From assembly GCA_963975205.1 (NCBI GenBank), contig CAXBFU010000006.1:783-64782 (forward strand): a DNA stretch of 64,000 bases. Direction: 5' to 3'. Below, piece after piece: positions 38,637-46,963 of this stretch. This stretch comes from an uncultured Flavobacteriaceae bacterium (lineage in GTDB: Bacteria; Bacteroidota; Bacteroidia; Flavobacteriales; Flavobacteriaceae). Position 1 is the stretch's first letter; the number at the start of each line of letters is the position of its first letter. The translations under genes and the position numbers were made by a program. A model generated the notes under the pieces. It was not told the DNA's origin. It saw only the letters and a list, made by a program, of their open reading frames with translations, and did not search any database.

Positions 38637-39622
38637 TGTACAAGCACAAATACCACAACGAAGATTTAAATAAGTATGCATTTCTTATTACAGGAGGAGC
38701 AGGTTTTATTGGTTCAAATATTGTTGAGTACCTATTAAAAAATAATGCAAATCTAGTTAGGGTTCTAGATAACTTTTCTAACGGATTTAGGGAAAATCTT
38801 GAAGAATTTGAAAGCAATCCAGCATTTGAACTTATTGAAGGAGATATTCGCAATTTACAAACCTGTAAGGATGCTATGAGAGGTATCGATTACGTATCAC
38901 ATCAAGCAGCTTTAGGTTCAGTTCCAAGATCAATTAACGATCCTGCAACCACTAACGAGGTTAATATTACTGGTTTTTTGAATATGATGATTGCGCTCAA
39001 AGAAAGTGATACTGTAAAACGTATGGTTTATGCTGCATCAAGTTCCACTTATGGAGATAGTAAAGCTCTACCCAAAGTTGAAGATAATATAGGGAAACCA
39101 TTATCGCCTTATGCAGTAACTAAGTATGTTAATGAGTTATATGCCGATGTATTTGGAAATACCTATAACACAGATGTCATTGGCTTGAGGTACTTTAATA
39201 TTTTTGGTCCAAAGCAAAGCCCAAAAGGAGCTTATGCAGCAGTAATTCCATTATTTATGGAAGCAATTAAAAACGATTTACCAGCAACAATAAATGGCGA
39301 TGGCGAGCAAACACGAGATTTTACCTTTGTAGAAAATGCTGTTCAAGCCAATATAAAAGGGTTTTTTGCGCCAAAAGAAGCAGCCAATCAAGTATATAAT
39401 ATTGCTTGTGGCGAACGTATAAGTGTCAATTATTTGTGGGAGCATCTTAATAATGCAGCATCAAAAAACGTTAAAGCTATTTATGGTCCGACAAGACAAG
39501 GCGATGTAAGAGACTCGTTGGCTGATATTTCTAAAGCAGAAAAATTAATGGGTTATAAACCTCAATTTTCAGTTATGGAAGGATTAAAAATGACTTGGGA
39601 ACTATTTCATTTAAAAAAGTAG
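38636..39622 (+). CDS. UDP-N-acetylhexosamine(uronate) 4-epimerase (TviC/WbpP-like SDR)
   Basis: 328 aa. Has ITGGAGFIGSN, ASSSTYG and YAVTKYVNE (YxxxK). Its start overlaps the upstream stop (ATAATG). Confidence 0.8.
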   Translation: MYKHKYHNEDLNKYAFLITGGAGFIGSNIVEYLLKNNANLVRVLDNFSNGFRENLEEFESNPAFELIEGDIRNLQTCKDAMRGIDYVSHQAALGSVPRSINDPATTNEVNITGFLNMMIALKESDTVKRMVYAASSSTYGDSKALPKVEDNIGKPLSPYAVTKYVNELYADVFGNTYNTDVIGLRYFNIFGPKQSPKGAYAAVIPLFMEAIKNDLPATINGDGEQTRDFTFVENAVQANIKGFFAPKEAANQVYNIACGERISVNYLWEHLNNAASKNVKAIYGPTRQGDVRDSLADISKAEKLMGYKPQFSVMEGLKMTWELFHLKK

Positions 39623-39670
39623 TTGGCAGAATACAGCAAACAGTTGGCAGTAATAAAAAAGGATTAATTA

Positions 39671-40030
39671 ATGGCATTTAGAAAACTCAAAGCATATCAG
39701 AAAGGATTTGAATTGGCTATGTTAATTTTTGAAATATCTAAAAACTTTCCAAAAGAAGAAGTTTATTCCTTAACAGATCAAATCAGGAGGTCATCACGAT
39801 CTGTTTGTGTAAATTTGGCCGAGGCATATAGGAAAAGAATTTATCCGAAGCATTTTATTAGTAAACTTACAGATTCAGATGCTGAAAATGCTGAAACATT
39901 GGGATGGTTAGAATTTGCTCAAGCTTGTAATTATATAAGTAGTGATAAGAAAATGGAATTAGAACAACTGAATAATGAAGTAGGTAAGCTAATTAATTAT
40001 ATGATTAACAATCCGAACAAATTTAAGTAA
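39671..40030 (+). CDS. four helix bundle protein (23S rRNA-intervening-sequence / Avd-like family)
   Basis: 119 aa. The N-terminus is FRKLKAYQKGFELAMLIFEISKNFPKEEVYSLTDQIRRSSRSVCVNLAEAY, characteristic of this family. Confidence 0.8.
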   Translation: MAFRKLKAYQKGFELAMLIFEISKNFPKEEVYSLTDQIRRSSRSVCVNLAEAYRKRIYPKHFISKLTDSDAENAETLGWLEFAQACNYISSDKKMELEQLNNEVGKLINYMINNPNKFK

Positions 40031-40102
40031 TAGAACTGAAGACTGCTTACTGAAGACCCTATAAAGAATACTCTAAAATTAAAAAGATAAGTGTAAAGAA
40101 AA

Positions 40103-40110
40103 TAGCTTTG
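40103..40110 (+). promoter_or_regulatory. candidate internal -7 promoter box (TAnnTTTG) just upstream of wzm
   Basis: TAGCTTTG ends 7 nt before ATG 40118. This would give a leaderless or near-leaderless transcript. Confidence 0.25.
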
Positions 40111-40117
40111 AACTAAT

Positions 40118-40978
40118 ATGAAAGATGAGAATTGGTTATATACAATATCTTCCAAACACAAATTAATAAACCTCAATTTCAAAGAGATTTGGAGATATAG
40201 GGATTTATTATTGCTGTTTGTAAAAAGAGATGTTGTTACCTTATACAAGCAAACCATATTAGGGCCATTATGGTATGTTATTCAGCCGTTATTTACCTCA
40301 GTAATTTTCACATTAATTTTTAATAATCTGGCAAATATTCCAACAGGCGATGGTGTACCAGCATTTTTATTTAACCTAGCTGGAATTACTTCTTGGAACT
40401 ATTTTAAAGAGTGTCTCACTGGAACCTCTAATACGTTTACAAAAAATCAAAACATATTTGGTAAAGTCTATTTTCCAAGAGTCATTATGCCAATGTCTAT
40501 AGTCGTTTCAAATTTATTGAAGTTTGGAATACAATTATTAGTCTTTATTGTATTTTACCTCTACTATGTGTTTGCTAAAGGAGCTAATGTTTTACCAAAC
40601 ATTAATTTATTATTACTTCCATTAATTGTATTGGTCATGGCATTGTTGGGATTAGGCTTTGGTATGCTTATTTCATCAATGACAACAAAGTATAAAGACC
40701 TTACATTTTTGGTTCAGTTTGGCGTACAATTGTTAATGTATGGCTCAGCAGTGATGTACCCATTATCTTATTTTGAAGAGAAATTACCTAATTATTCTTG
40801 GCTTGTAGAGTATAATCCAATAGCCATTATTGTTGAAACTTTTAGAAATATGACTTTAGGAGTAGATTTGTTTTACTTAGATAAGTTTATATATGCTGTT
40901 GTTTTTAGTATATTAATATTTTTATTAGGATTAGTTGTGTTTAACAAAACAGAAAAGAGTTTTATTGATACGGTTTAG
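40118..40978 (+). CDS. wzm: ABC-2 type polysaccharide export permease (Wzm)
   Basis: 286 aa. Has the RDVVTLYKQTILGPLWYVIQP signature of ABC-2/Wzm permeases and six hydrophobic segments. Confidence 0.85.
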   Translation: MKDENWLYTISSKHKLINLNFKEIWRYRDLLLLFVKRDVVTLYKQTILGPLWYVIQPLFTSVIFTLIFNNLANIPTGDGVPAFLFNLAGITSWNYFKECLTGTSNTFTKNQNIFGKVYFPRVIMPMSIVVSNLLKFGIQLLVFIVFYLYYVFAKGANVLPNINLLLLPLIVLVMALLGLGFGMLISSMTTKYKDLTFLVQFGVQLLMYGSAVMYPLSYFEEKLPNYSWLVEYNPIAIIVETFRNMTLGVDLFYLDKFIYAVVFSILIFLLGLVVFNKTEKSFIDTV

Positions 40979-40983
40979 TTTTT

Positions 40984-41024
40984 AGAAGTTAGAAGTTAGA
41001 AGTGAGGAGTGAGAAGTGAAGGTG
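40984..41024. repeat. tandem purine-rich heptamer array (AGAAGTK x about 6)
   Basis: Units are agaagtt agaagtt agaagtg aggagtg agaagtg aaggtg. The array starts 6 nt after the wzm stop, inside the 124-bp wzm-wzt gap. Confidence 0.85.
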
Positions 41025-41102
41025 TTTATAATTAATAGCATAAAAAAAATAAGAATTTTAGTGATTCTATTCACGTTTCACTATTAACCATCCACTAATA
41101 AA

Positions 41103-42368
41103 ATGAGTGAGATTATATTAAAAGCTGAAAACATAAGCAAACAATACCGATTGGGTTTGGTTGGTACAGGTACTATCAGTCACGACCTTAATAGATGGTG
41201 GAGTAAAGTAAGAGGGAAAGAAGACCCATTTTTAAAAGTTGGAGAAACTAATGATAGAAGCACAAAAGGGGAAAGTGATTATGTTTGGGCATTAAGGGAT
41301 ATTAATTTTGAAGTAAAGCGTGGCGAAGTATTAGGTATTATTGGAAAGAATGGTGCAGGAAAATCAACCTTGTTAAAAATATTGTCTAGAGTTACAAGTC
41401 CCACAACAGGCGAGATTAAAACAAAAGGACGTATTGCATCGTTATTAGAAGTAGGTACAGGGTTTCATCCAGAAATGACAGGACGGGAAAATATTTACCT
41501 TAATGGTGCTATATTAGGGATGACCAAAGCTGAGATTCGTTCTAAAATGGACGAGATTATAGATTTTTCTGGATGTCAACGTTATATAGATACACCAGTT
41601 AAACGTTATTCTTCTGGAATGACTGTTCGTTTGGCTTTTGCAGTAGCAGCGCATTTAGAGCCTGATATTTTAGTGGTCGATGAGGTGTTGGCAGTAGGAG
41701 ATGCCGAATTTCAGAAAAAAGCCATTGGGAAAATGCAAGATATATCTAAAGGAGATGGTAGAACGGTGTTGTTTGTGAGTCATGATATGACTGCTATTCA
41801 ATACCTATGTAAAAAATGTATTGTGCTTGAAAAAGGTATATTAGTTAACAATTGTGAAACAGATTTAGCGATAAGTTATTACCTTAAGAAAGCATCAAAT
41901 ATTAAGGATCTTAGCCAAATCAAAGAAAGGTCTGGGAATGGAAAGGTAAAAGTTAAAGAGATTTTAATTTATGGAATAAGTAAAGAATTCAAGCCTCAAT
42001 CTGCAACTCCCTTTGTAATTAAAGTTTTATTAGATAATCCTTTTAAGTATAGCTCTAAGGAAATTAGAATTGATTTAAAAATTGATGATTTTAAAGGAAG
42101 ACGGGTTTTGTGGCTTAGTAATTATGTGATAGAACATAAAACAATTAGTAATGTAAAGTTTTTGATATTTTCAATACCAAAATTAATGCTTAATTCTGGG
42201 ACATACTATTTAAGTTCGGATTTGTATGTTGATAATTCTCGATCTGATTGGTTACAAAATGCAGTAAAGTTTGATGTGATGGAAGGAGATTTTTACAGAT
42301 CGGGAAAGAGAGTTCCAATTGAAGAATCTTCATTTTTGTTAGATTTTGAGCTACATATGAAAAGTTAA
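41103..42368 (+). CDS. wzt: polysaccharide ABC exporter ATPase (Wzt) with C-terminal beta-rich extension
   Basis: 421 aa. Has GKNGAGKSTLLK, YSSGMTVRLAFA and LVVDEVLAVGD in the first ~250 aa. The next ~170 aa are non-ABC and beta-strand-rich (KVKVKEILIYG ... GTYYLSSDLYVD ... FDVMEG), resembling the Wzt_C carbohydrate-binding domain. Confidence 0.85.
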   Translation: MSEIILKAENISKQYRLGLVGTGTISHDLNRWWSKVRGKEDPFLKVGETNDRSTKGESDYVWALRDINFEVKRGEVLGIIGKNGAGKSTLLKILSRVTSPTTGEIKTKGRIASLLEVGTGFHPEMTGRENIYLNGAILGMTKAEIRSKMDEIIDFSGCQRYIDTPVKRYSSGMTVRLAFAVAAHLEPDILVVDEVLAVGDAEFQKKAIGKMQDISKGDGRTVLFVSHDMTAIQYLCKKCIVLEKGILVNNCETDLAISYYLKKASNIKDLSQIKERSGNGKVKVKEILIYGISKEFKPQSATPFVIKVLLDNPFKYSSKEIRIDLKIDDFKGRRVLWLSNYVIEHKTISNVKFLIFSIPKLMLNSGTYYLSSDLYVDNSRSDWLQNAVKFDVMEGDFYRSGKRVPIEESSFLLDFELHMKS

Positions 42369-42416
42369 AATAAGAGTGAATACATTAAGTTTTATGATAA
42401 ATAATTAATTAATAGA

Positions 42417-43475
42417 ATGGGTAAGAGGTTATTATTTGTTTGTCCAGATAACTCCATACCTTCTGGAGGTATTAAGCAGATTTATAGGCAAGTAGATGTG
42501 CTTAATGAAAATGATTTTAGTGCTTATATCTTGCATAAAAATGAAGGCTTTAGATGCCAATGGTTTAATAATTCAACTCCTATTTTGTATCATAAAGAAC
42601 TTTTTCAAAATATAGCTAAGTTAAAAACTTCAAACAGTAAAACCATAAAAACTAAGCTAAAACTATTTGTTAAACAAATACTCTCTACATTAAAGCCTAG
42701 TTCAGATATAAAGTTGACCAAAGATGATATTTTAGTCTTCCCAGAAATTTATGGTCCACATATTGCTACATTATATGACGGTATAAAAAAAGTAATTTAT
42801 AATCAAGGAGTTTATCAAACTTTTTTTGGTTACAACCTTAATCTTAATTCGAAGGATACTCCATATACAAGTAAAGATTTGATAGCAGTAATTGTAAATT
42901 CTGAAGATGCTAGACAGTATATGTCTCTTGCTTTCCCTAACATCAATTTATATCGTATACATTATGGATTTAATAACAAGGAATTTTTTATTTCAGAAAA
43001 TAAAAAACGTCAAATATGTTTTATGACAAGACGGCTAAGATCTGATATTATTCAGGTAATAAATATTTTAAAATTCAGAGGAATTCTTGAGGGATGGAAA
43101 ATACTACCTATAGAAAATATGAATGAACAACAAGTAGCGCAATGCATGAAACAAAGTGCTATTTTTTTAAGTTTTAATATTAACGAAGGCTTTGGAATGC
43201 CTCCAGCAGAGGCTATGGCTTGTGGGTGTATAGTAGTAGGATATACTGGACAAGGCGGAAACGAAATTTTTAATTCGGAATTTTCGTATCCAATACCAGA
43301 TAGAAACGTACAAGAATATGTAAAAACTCTAGAAAAGGTTATTAAAGCATTTAATGTAAACCCTGAATTATTTGTAGAAAAAGGAAAGAAAGCCTCAGAG
43401 TTCATATTAACTAATTATAGCATGACTGTTGAAGAGCAAGACATAATTTCAACTTGGAAAGCCATATGTAATTAA
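42417..43475 (+). CDS. glycosyltransferase (GT-B, GT4-like)
   Basis: 352 aa. Has NEGFGMPPAEAMACGCIVVG (E-x7-E block). Confidence 0.7.
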   Translation: MGKRLLFVCPDNSIPSGGIKQIYRQVDVLNENDFSAYILHKNEGFRCQWFNNSTPILYHKELFQNIAKLKTSNSKTIKTKLKLFVKQILSTLKPSSDIKLTKDDILVFPEIYGPHIATLYDGIKKVIYNQGVYQTFFGYNLNLNSKDTPYTSKDLIAVIVNSEDARQYMSLAFPNINLYRIHYGFNNKEFFISENKKRQICFMTRRLRSDIIQVINILKFRGILEGWKILPIENMNEQQVAQCMKQSAIFLSFNINEGFGMPPAEAMACGCIVVGYTGQGGNEIFNSEFSYPIPDRNVQEYVKTLEKVIKAFNVNPELFVEKGKKASEFILTNYSMTVEEQDIISTWKAICN

Positions 43476-43486
43476 ATCAAGAAAAA

Positions 43487-44419
43487 TTGCCTAAAGTCAC
43501 AATCATTATACCTAATTATAACCATGCTCAATTTTTAGTGCAACGACTTGATAGTATTTATAATCAAACATTTAAAAATTGGGAAGCTATAATCATTGAT
43601 GATGCTTCTACAGATAAGAGTTTAAAAGTTATTGAACGTTATTTAGATGAGAAACCAAATTTTAGAGTAAAACAATTTATTAAAAATAAAATTAATTCTG
43701 GTAGTGGTTACAAATCATGGCAAAAAGGAATTGCTTTAGCTGACACAGAATTTATCTGGATTGCTGAAACTGATGATTATTGTACGCCTACTTTTTTGGA
43801 TGTCATGATAAAATCAATAGAGATTAACAAAAAAGTAAGCTTATGTTTTTCTTCATCAAACTATGTAAATGTGAATGGAGACTTTTTATACAATTCATTG
43901 ATTAGAACATTAGATTTGGATGTCTTGGAAAATGAATATGCTATTTTTAACGGTAAAAAGCTTATGGATAGATTACCTTTTAATACTTATATCATTAATG
44001 GTAGCAGTGTCGTTTTTAGAAATCCAAAAGCTAAAATACCGAAAGAAATATTTTTCCATAAGCAAAATTCAGATATTTTTTTATGGACTTACTTGCTAGA
44101 TGATAGTTACTTTATTTTTAATAATTCTTTACTGAACTATTTTAGACAACATAATTCTTCAACAACTGCACAGAACAATAAATTAAGAAAAAAGGAAATA
44201 TACTTAGAAAATATCGAGTACCTTAATTATTTTGGGCAAGCAAATAAGTATAAAACTTTAATAGATCATTATATCAAATATTACATTTGGAATAATAAAA
44301 AATCAGTATTTAAAGTAAGTTTTCTAAAAAAACTAAAAACAAAAAAATATATTATACCATACTACTATTTAAGTTTACTAAAATTTATAATCCATAAACT
44401 TCTATATTATGGTAAGTAA
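43487..44419 (+). CDS. glycosyltransferase family 2
   Basis: 310 aa with a TTG start. Has VTIIIPNYNHAQFL ... IIIDDASTDKS and a TDDY DxD-like block. Confidence 0.8.
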   Translation: MPKVTIIIPNYNHAQFLVQRLDSIYNQTFKNWEAIIIDDASTDKSLKVIERYLDEKPNFRVKQFIKNKINSGSGYKSWQKGIALADTEFIWIAETDDYCTPTFLDVMIKSIEINKKVSLCFSSSNYVNVNGDFLYNSLIRTLDLDVLENEYAIFNGKKLMDRLPFNTYIINGSSVVFRNPKAKIPKEIFFHKQNSDIFLWTYLLDDSYFIFNNSLLNYFRQHNSSTTAQNNKLRKKEIYLENIEYLNYFGQANKYKTLIDHYIKYYIWNNKKSVFKVSFLKKLKTKKYIIPYYYLSLLKFIIHKLLYYGK

Positions 44420-45299
44420 CCCCTTAGTTAGTGTTATAGTACCTACTTATAAGCGCGCGCACTTTTTAAAAGAAACCTTAAATAGTGTTGTTAACCAAAC
44501 CTATAGCAATATTGAGATTATTGTAATAGACGATGGAACTCCTAACAATGAAAATGAGAAACTATGTAGCAAATATAATAACCTTACATACATAAAAATA
44601 AATAATAGTGGAGGACCAGCATGCCCTAGAAATGTTGGTATAAGTAATTCTAATGGAAAGTATATTGCTTTTGTAGATGATGATGATTTATGGCTACCAG
44701 AAAAACTTGAAATTCAGGTTAAAATATTAGATGAAAACACAAACTTTGGATTGGTGCATTCGCATTGTAGTACAATTGATGCAGAAGGAAAACAATTAAA
44801 AGAAATAATAGGTAAACCAGGGCACGCTAATGTAAAACATGGAGATGTTTTAACTAAAATGATTGGTAATTGGACTATAATGAGTTCCACACCTCTTATT
44901 AGAAAAGAAATTGTCAAAGACGTAGGCTATTTTAACGAAGCTATGCCACATGCAGGAGAAGACGTAGAATATTGGTCTCGCTGTGCTTTTCATACCAAAT
45001 TTTATTATATAAATGAACCGCTCGTTAAATATAGAAAACACAAAAATAATGTGTCAAATAATCAAGAAATTTATACATCATTACCAGTATATTTGTTGGA
45101 CATTGTAAATAATTATTACAATAAAGGAGTTATAAAGAGTGATGTATATAATACACTCGTGTTGAATATTTGTTTAATGCAAAGCAAAATGATTAAAATC
45201 AATTTTCGGAAAACTATTGTTAACATGTTCAAGATTAATCCATTTTGGTTTTTTAATTTTAGAGTTCAAAAAACAATTATTAAAAAGTTAATTACATGA
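44409..45299 (+). CDS. glycosyltransferase family 2
   Basis: 296 aa. Has VSVIVPTYKRAHFL ... IVIDDGTPN and FVDDDDLW. It overlaps the upstream gene by 11 nt. Confidence 0.8.
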   Translation: MVSNPLVSVIVPTYKRAHFLKETLNSVVNQTYSNIEIIVIDDGTPNNENEKLCSKYNNLTYIKINNSGGPACPRNVGISNSNGKYIAFVDDDDLWLPEKLEIQVKILDENTNFGLVHSHCSTIDAEGKQLKEIIGKPGHANVKHGDVLTKMIGNWTIMSSTPLIRKEIVKDVGYFNEAMPHAGEDVEYWSRCAFHTKFYYINEPLVKYRKHKNNVSNNQEIYTSLPVYLLDIVNNYYNKGVIKSDVYNTLVLNICLMQSKMIKINFRKTIVNMFKINPFWFFNFRVQKTIIKKLIT

Positions 45300-46225
45300 G
45301 CCTAACAAGATACTTAATAACAGGTGGAGCAGGGAATATAGGAAGCGCACTAGCACTTCAATTATCTAAAGATGTTAATAACCAAATAGTAATAGTAGAT
45401 AATTTTTTAACAGGCTCTATGGCTAAAATCCCCAAAAGGGAAAATGTTACTTTCATTAAAGCCAATGTAAATAACTACAATGATATTGTCCCCATTTTTG
45501 GAAGGTTCAATTTCGATTATGTATTCCATTTTGCCGCTGTTGTTGGTGTAAAACGTACTTTGGAAAACCCTATGATGGTACTAGAGGATATCGAAGGAAT
45601 AAAGAATATATTATCATTATCTAAAAACAGTGGTGTTAAAAAAGTTTTTTACTCAAGTTCTTCCGAAGTATATGGTGAGCCATTCGAAATACCTCAAAAC
45701 GAACAAACAACACCTTTAAATTCTAGATTACCTTATGCCATTGTAAAAAATGTGGGAGAAGCGTTTTTTAAATCCTATTATCAAGAATATGGTCTAGAAT
45801 ATACCATTTTCAGGTTCTTTAATACTTATGGCCCAAATCAGAGTGAAGATTTCGTAATACCTAAATTCTTAAAAGCAGCTTTAAAAAATGAGCCTTTATA
45901 TATTTATGGTGACGGAAAACAAACACGATCCTTTTGTTTCGTAAATGATAATATTGAAACATGCATAAGAGCATTAAATGACCCTAAATACAATAATGAA
46001 GTTATTAATATTGGGAGCGATAAAGAGATCACTGTTTTGGAATTGGCTGAAACAATCATAAAAGTATCCAATTCAAAGTCTATAATTGAGCACATTCCAG
46101 CCCTAGAAGAGGGAGATATGGCTAGAAGATGCCCAGATACTACCAAAATGAAAAAAATATTGGGAAGAGAGCTTCTATCATTAGAAGTAGGTTTGAAAGA
46201 ACTAATGAAAAATTATAAAAATTAA
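45296..46225 (+). CDS. NAD-dependent epimerase/dehydratase family SDR, UDP-uronate decarboxylase (UXS)-like
   Basis: 309 aa. Has ITGGAGNIGSAL, SSSSEVYGEP, YAIVKNVGE (YxxxK) and RFFNTYGP, which I associate with UXS-type decarboxylases. Confidence 0.65.
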   Translation: MSLTRYLITGGAGNIGSALALQLSKDVNNQIVIVDNFLTGSMAKIPKRENVTFIKANVNNYNDIVPIFGRFNFDYVFHFAAVVGVKRTLENPMMVLEDIEGIKNILSLSKNSGVKKVFYSSSSEVYGEPFEIPQNEQTTPLNSRLPYAIVKNVGEAFFKSYYQEYGLEYTIFRFFNTYGPNQSEDFVIPKFLKAALKNEPLYIYGDGKQTRSFCFVNDNIETCIRALNDPKYNNEVINIGSDKEITVLELAETIIKVSNSKSIIEHIPALEEGDMARRCPDTTKMKKILGRELLSLEVGLKELMKNYKN

Positions 46226-46234
46226 TCTTTTTAG

Positions 46235-46960
46235 ATGTCATTAAAAAAAATAAAACAATTTATTAATTACAAAACCTCTTTAGATAAAATCCATAGGAGT
46301 AATGATGATATTTATGCAATTAATATAATTCATAAACTGTTTGACTCACCGTGTTATTTACCCTTTACACCATTTTCGCTAAACCCTTATACAATTTTAC
46401 ATGTGTTAAATGATATTTTATTAAATAATAGAAAAGTTGTGTTTGAGTTTGGTACTGGACTCTCAACCATAGTTATATCCAAATTCATAAAAATCAATAA
46501 CTTATCAGTAGAGTTCTTTAGTATTGACGATAATAAAGAGTGGCAAAATTTAATTTTAAAAGAATTAAAGAAGAATAAATGTGATAATAAAGTACAAATG
46601 TCGTGTTGTGAACTTAAAGAATTAGATAATACTCAATTAAATTGTTTGGATAATATGTTTTGGTACGATTTAAATGAGTTAGAAAAAACTAAAAATAGGA
46701 TAACCAGCAATATAGATTTATTGTTAGTAGATGGGCCAAGTACTGACTCCTCAAAATTTAATCGTTATCCTGCAGTTCCTTTTTTACACGATAAACTTTC
46801 GAGTAATGTGGCTATTTATTTAGATGATACTAGGCGAAGTGGTGAAGAAGAAATCCTTTATAAGTGGAATGAACTGCTTGCGGGAAAAATTCAATATGAA
46901 AAAATGTACGGAACTATTGTAAAAGGTTCTTCCTTTTCTTGTAGACCGTTAAGTCATTAA
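46235..46960 (+). CDS. putative class I SAM-dependent methyltransferase
   Basis: 241 aa. Has VFEFGTGLSTIVI (motif I-like) and LLLVDGP ... AIYLDDTRR, similar in layout to the methyltransferase at 30776-31546. Confidence 0.5.
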   Translation: MSLKKIKQFINYKTSLDKIHRSNDDIYAINIIHKLFDSPCYLPFTPFSLNPYTILHVLNDILLNNRKVVFEFGTGLSTIVISKFIKINNLSVEFFSIDDNKEWQNLILKELKKNKCDNKVQMSCCELKELDNTQLNCLDNMFWYDLNELEKTKNRITSNIDLLLVDGPSTDSSKFNRYPAVPFLHDKLSSNVAIYLDDTRRSGEEEILYKWNELLAGKIQYEKMYGTIVKGSSFSCRPLSH

Positions 46961-46963
46961 ATT

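Noticed and set aside
38617-38853. 78-aa minus-strand ORF across the dehydrogenase/epimerase junction
   Set aside because: It is antisense to two tightly coupled, motif-supported genes.
39671-40030. Four-helix-bundle (Avd-like) gene as part of a diversity-generating retroelement
   Set aside because: There is no reverse transcriptase ORF and no template/variable repeat pair with A-specific mismatches anywhere in the window. I treated it as a stand-alone copy.
40984-41024. Possibility that the heptamer array is a CRISPR or a phase-variable microsatellite
   Set aside because: The units are 7 nt with no spacers, and no cas genes are present. The units are imperfect, and the array is intergenic about 80 nt from the wzt start, so simple frame-shifting phase variation does not apply. 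I kept it only as a repeat of unknown role.
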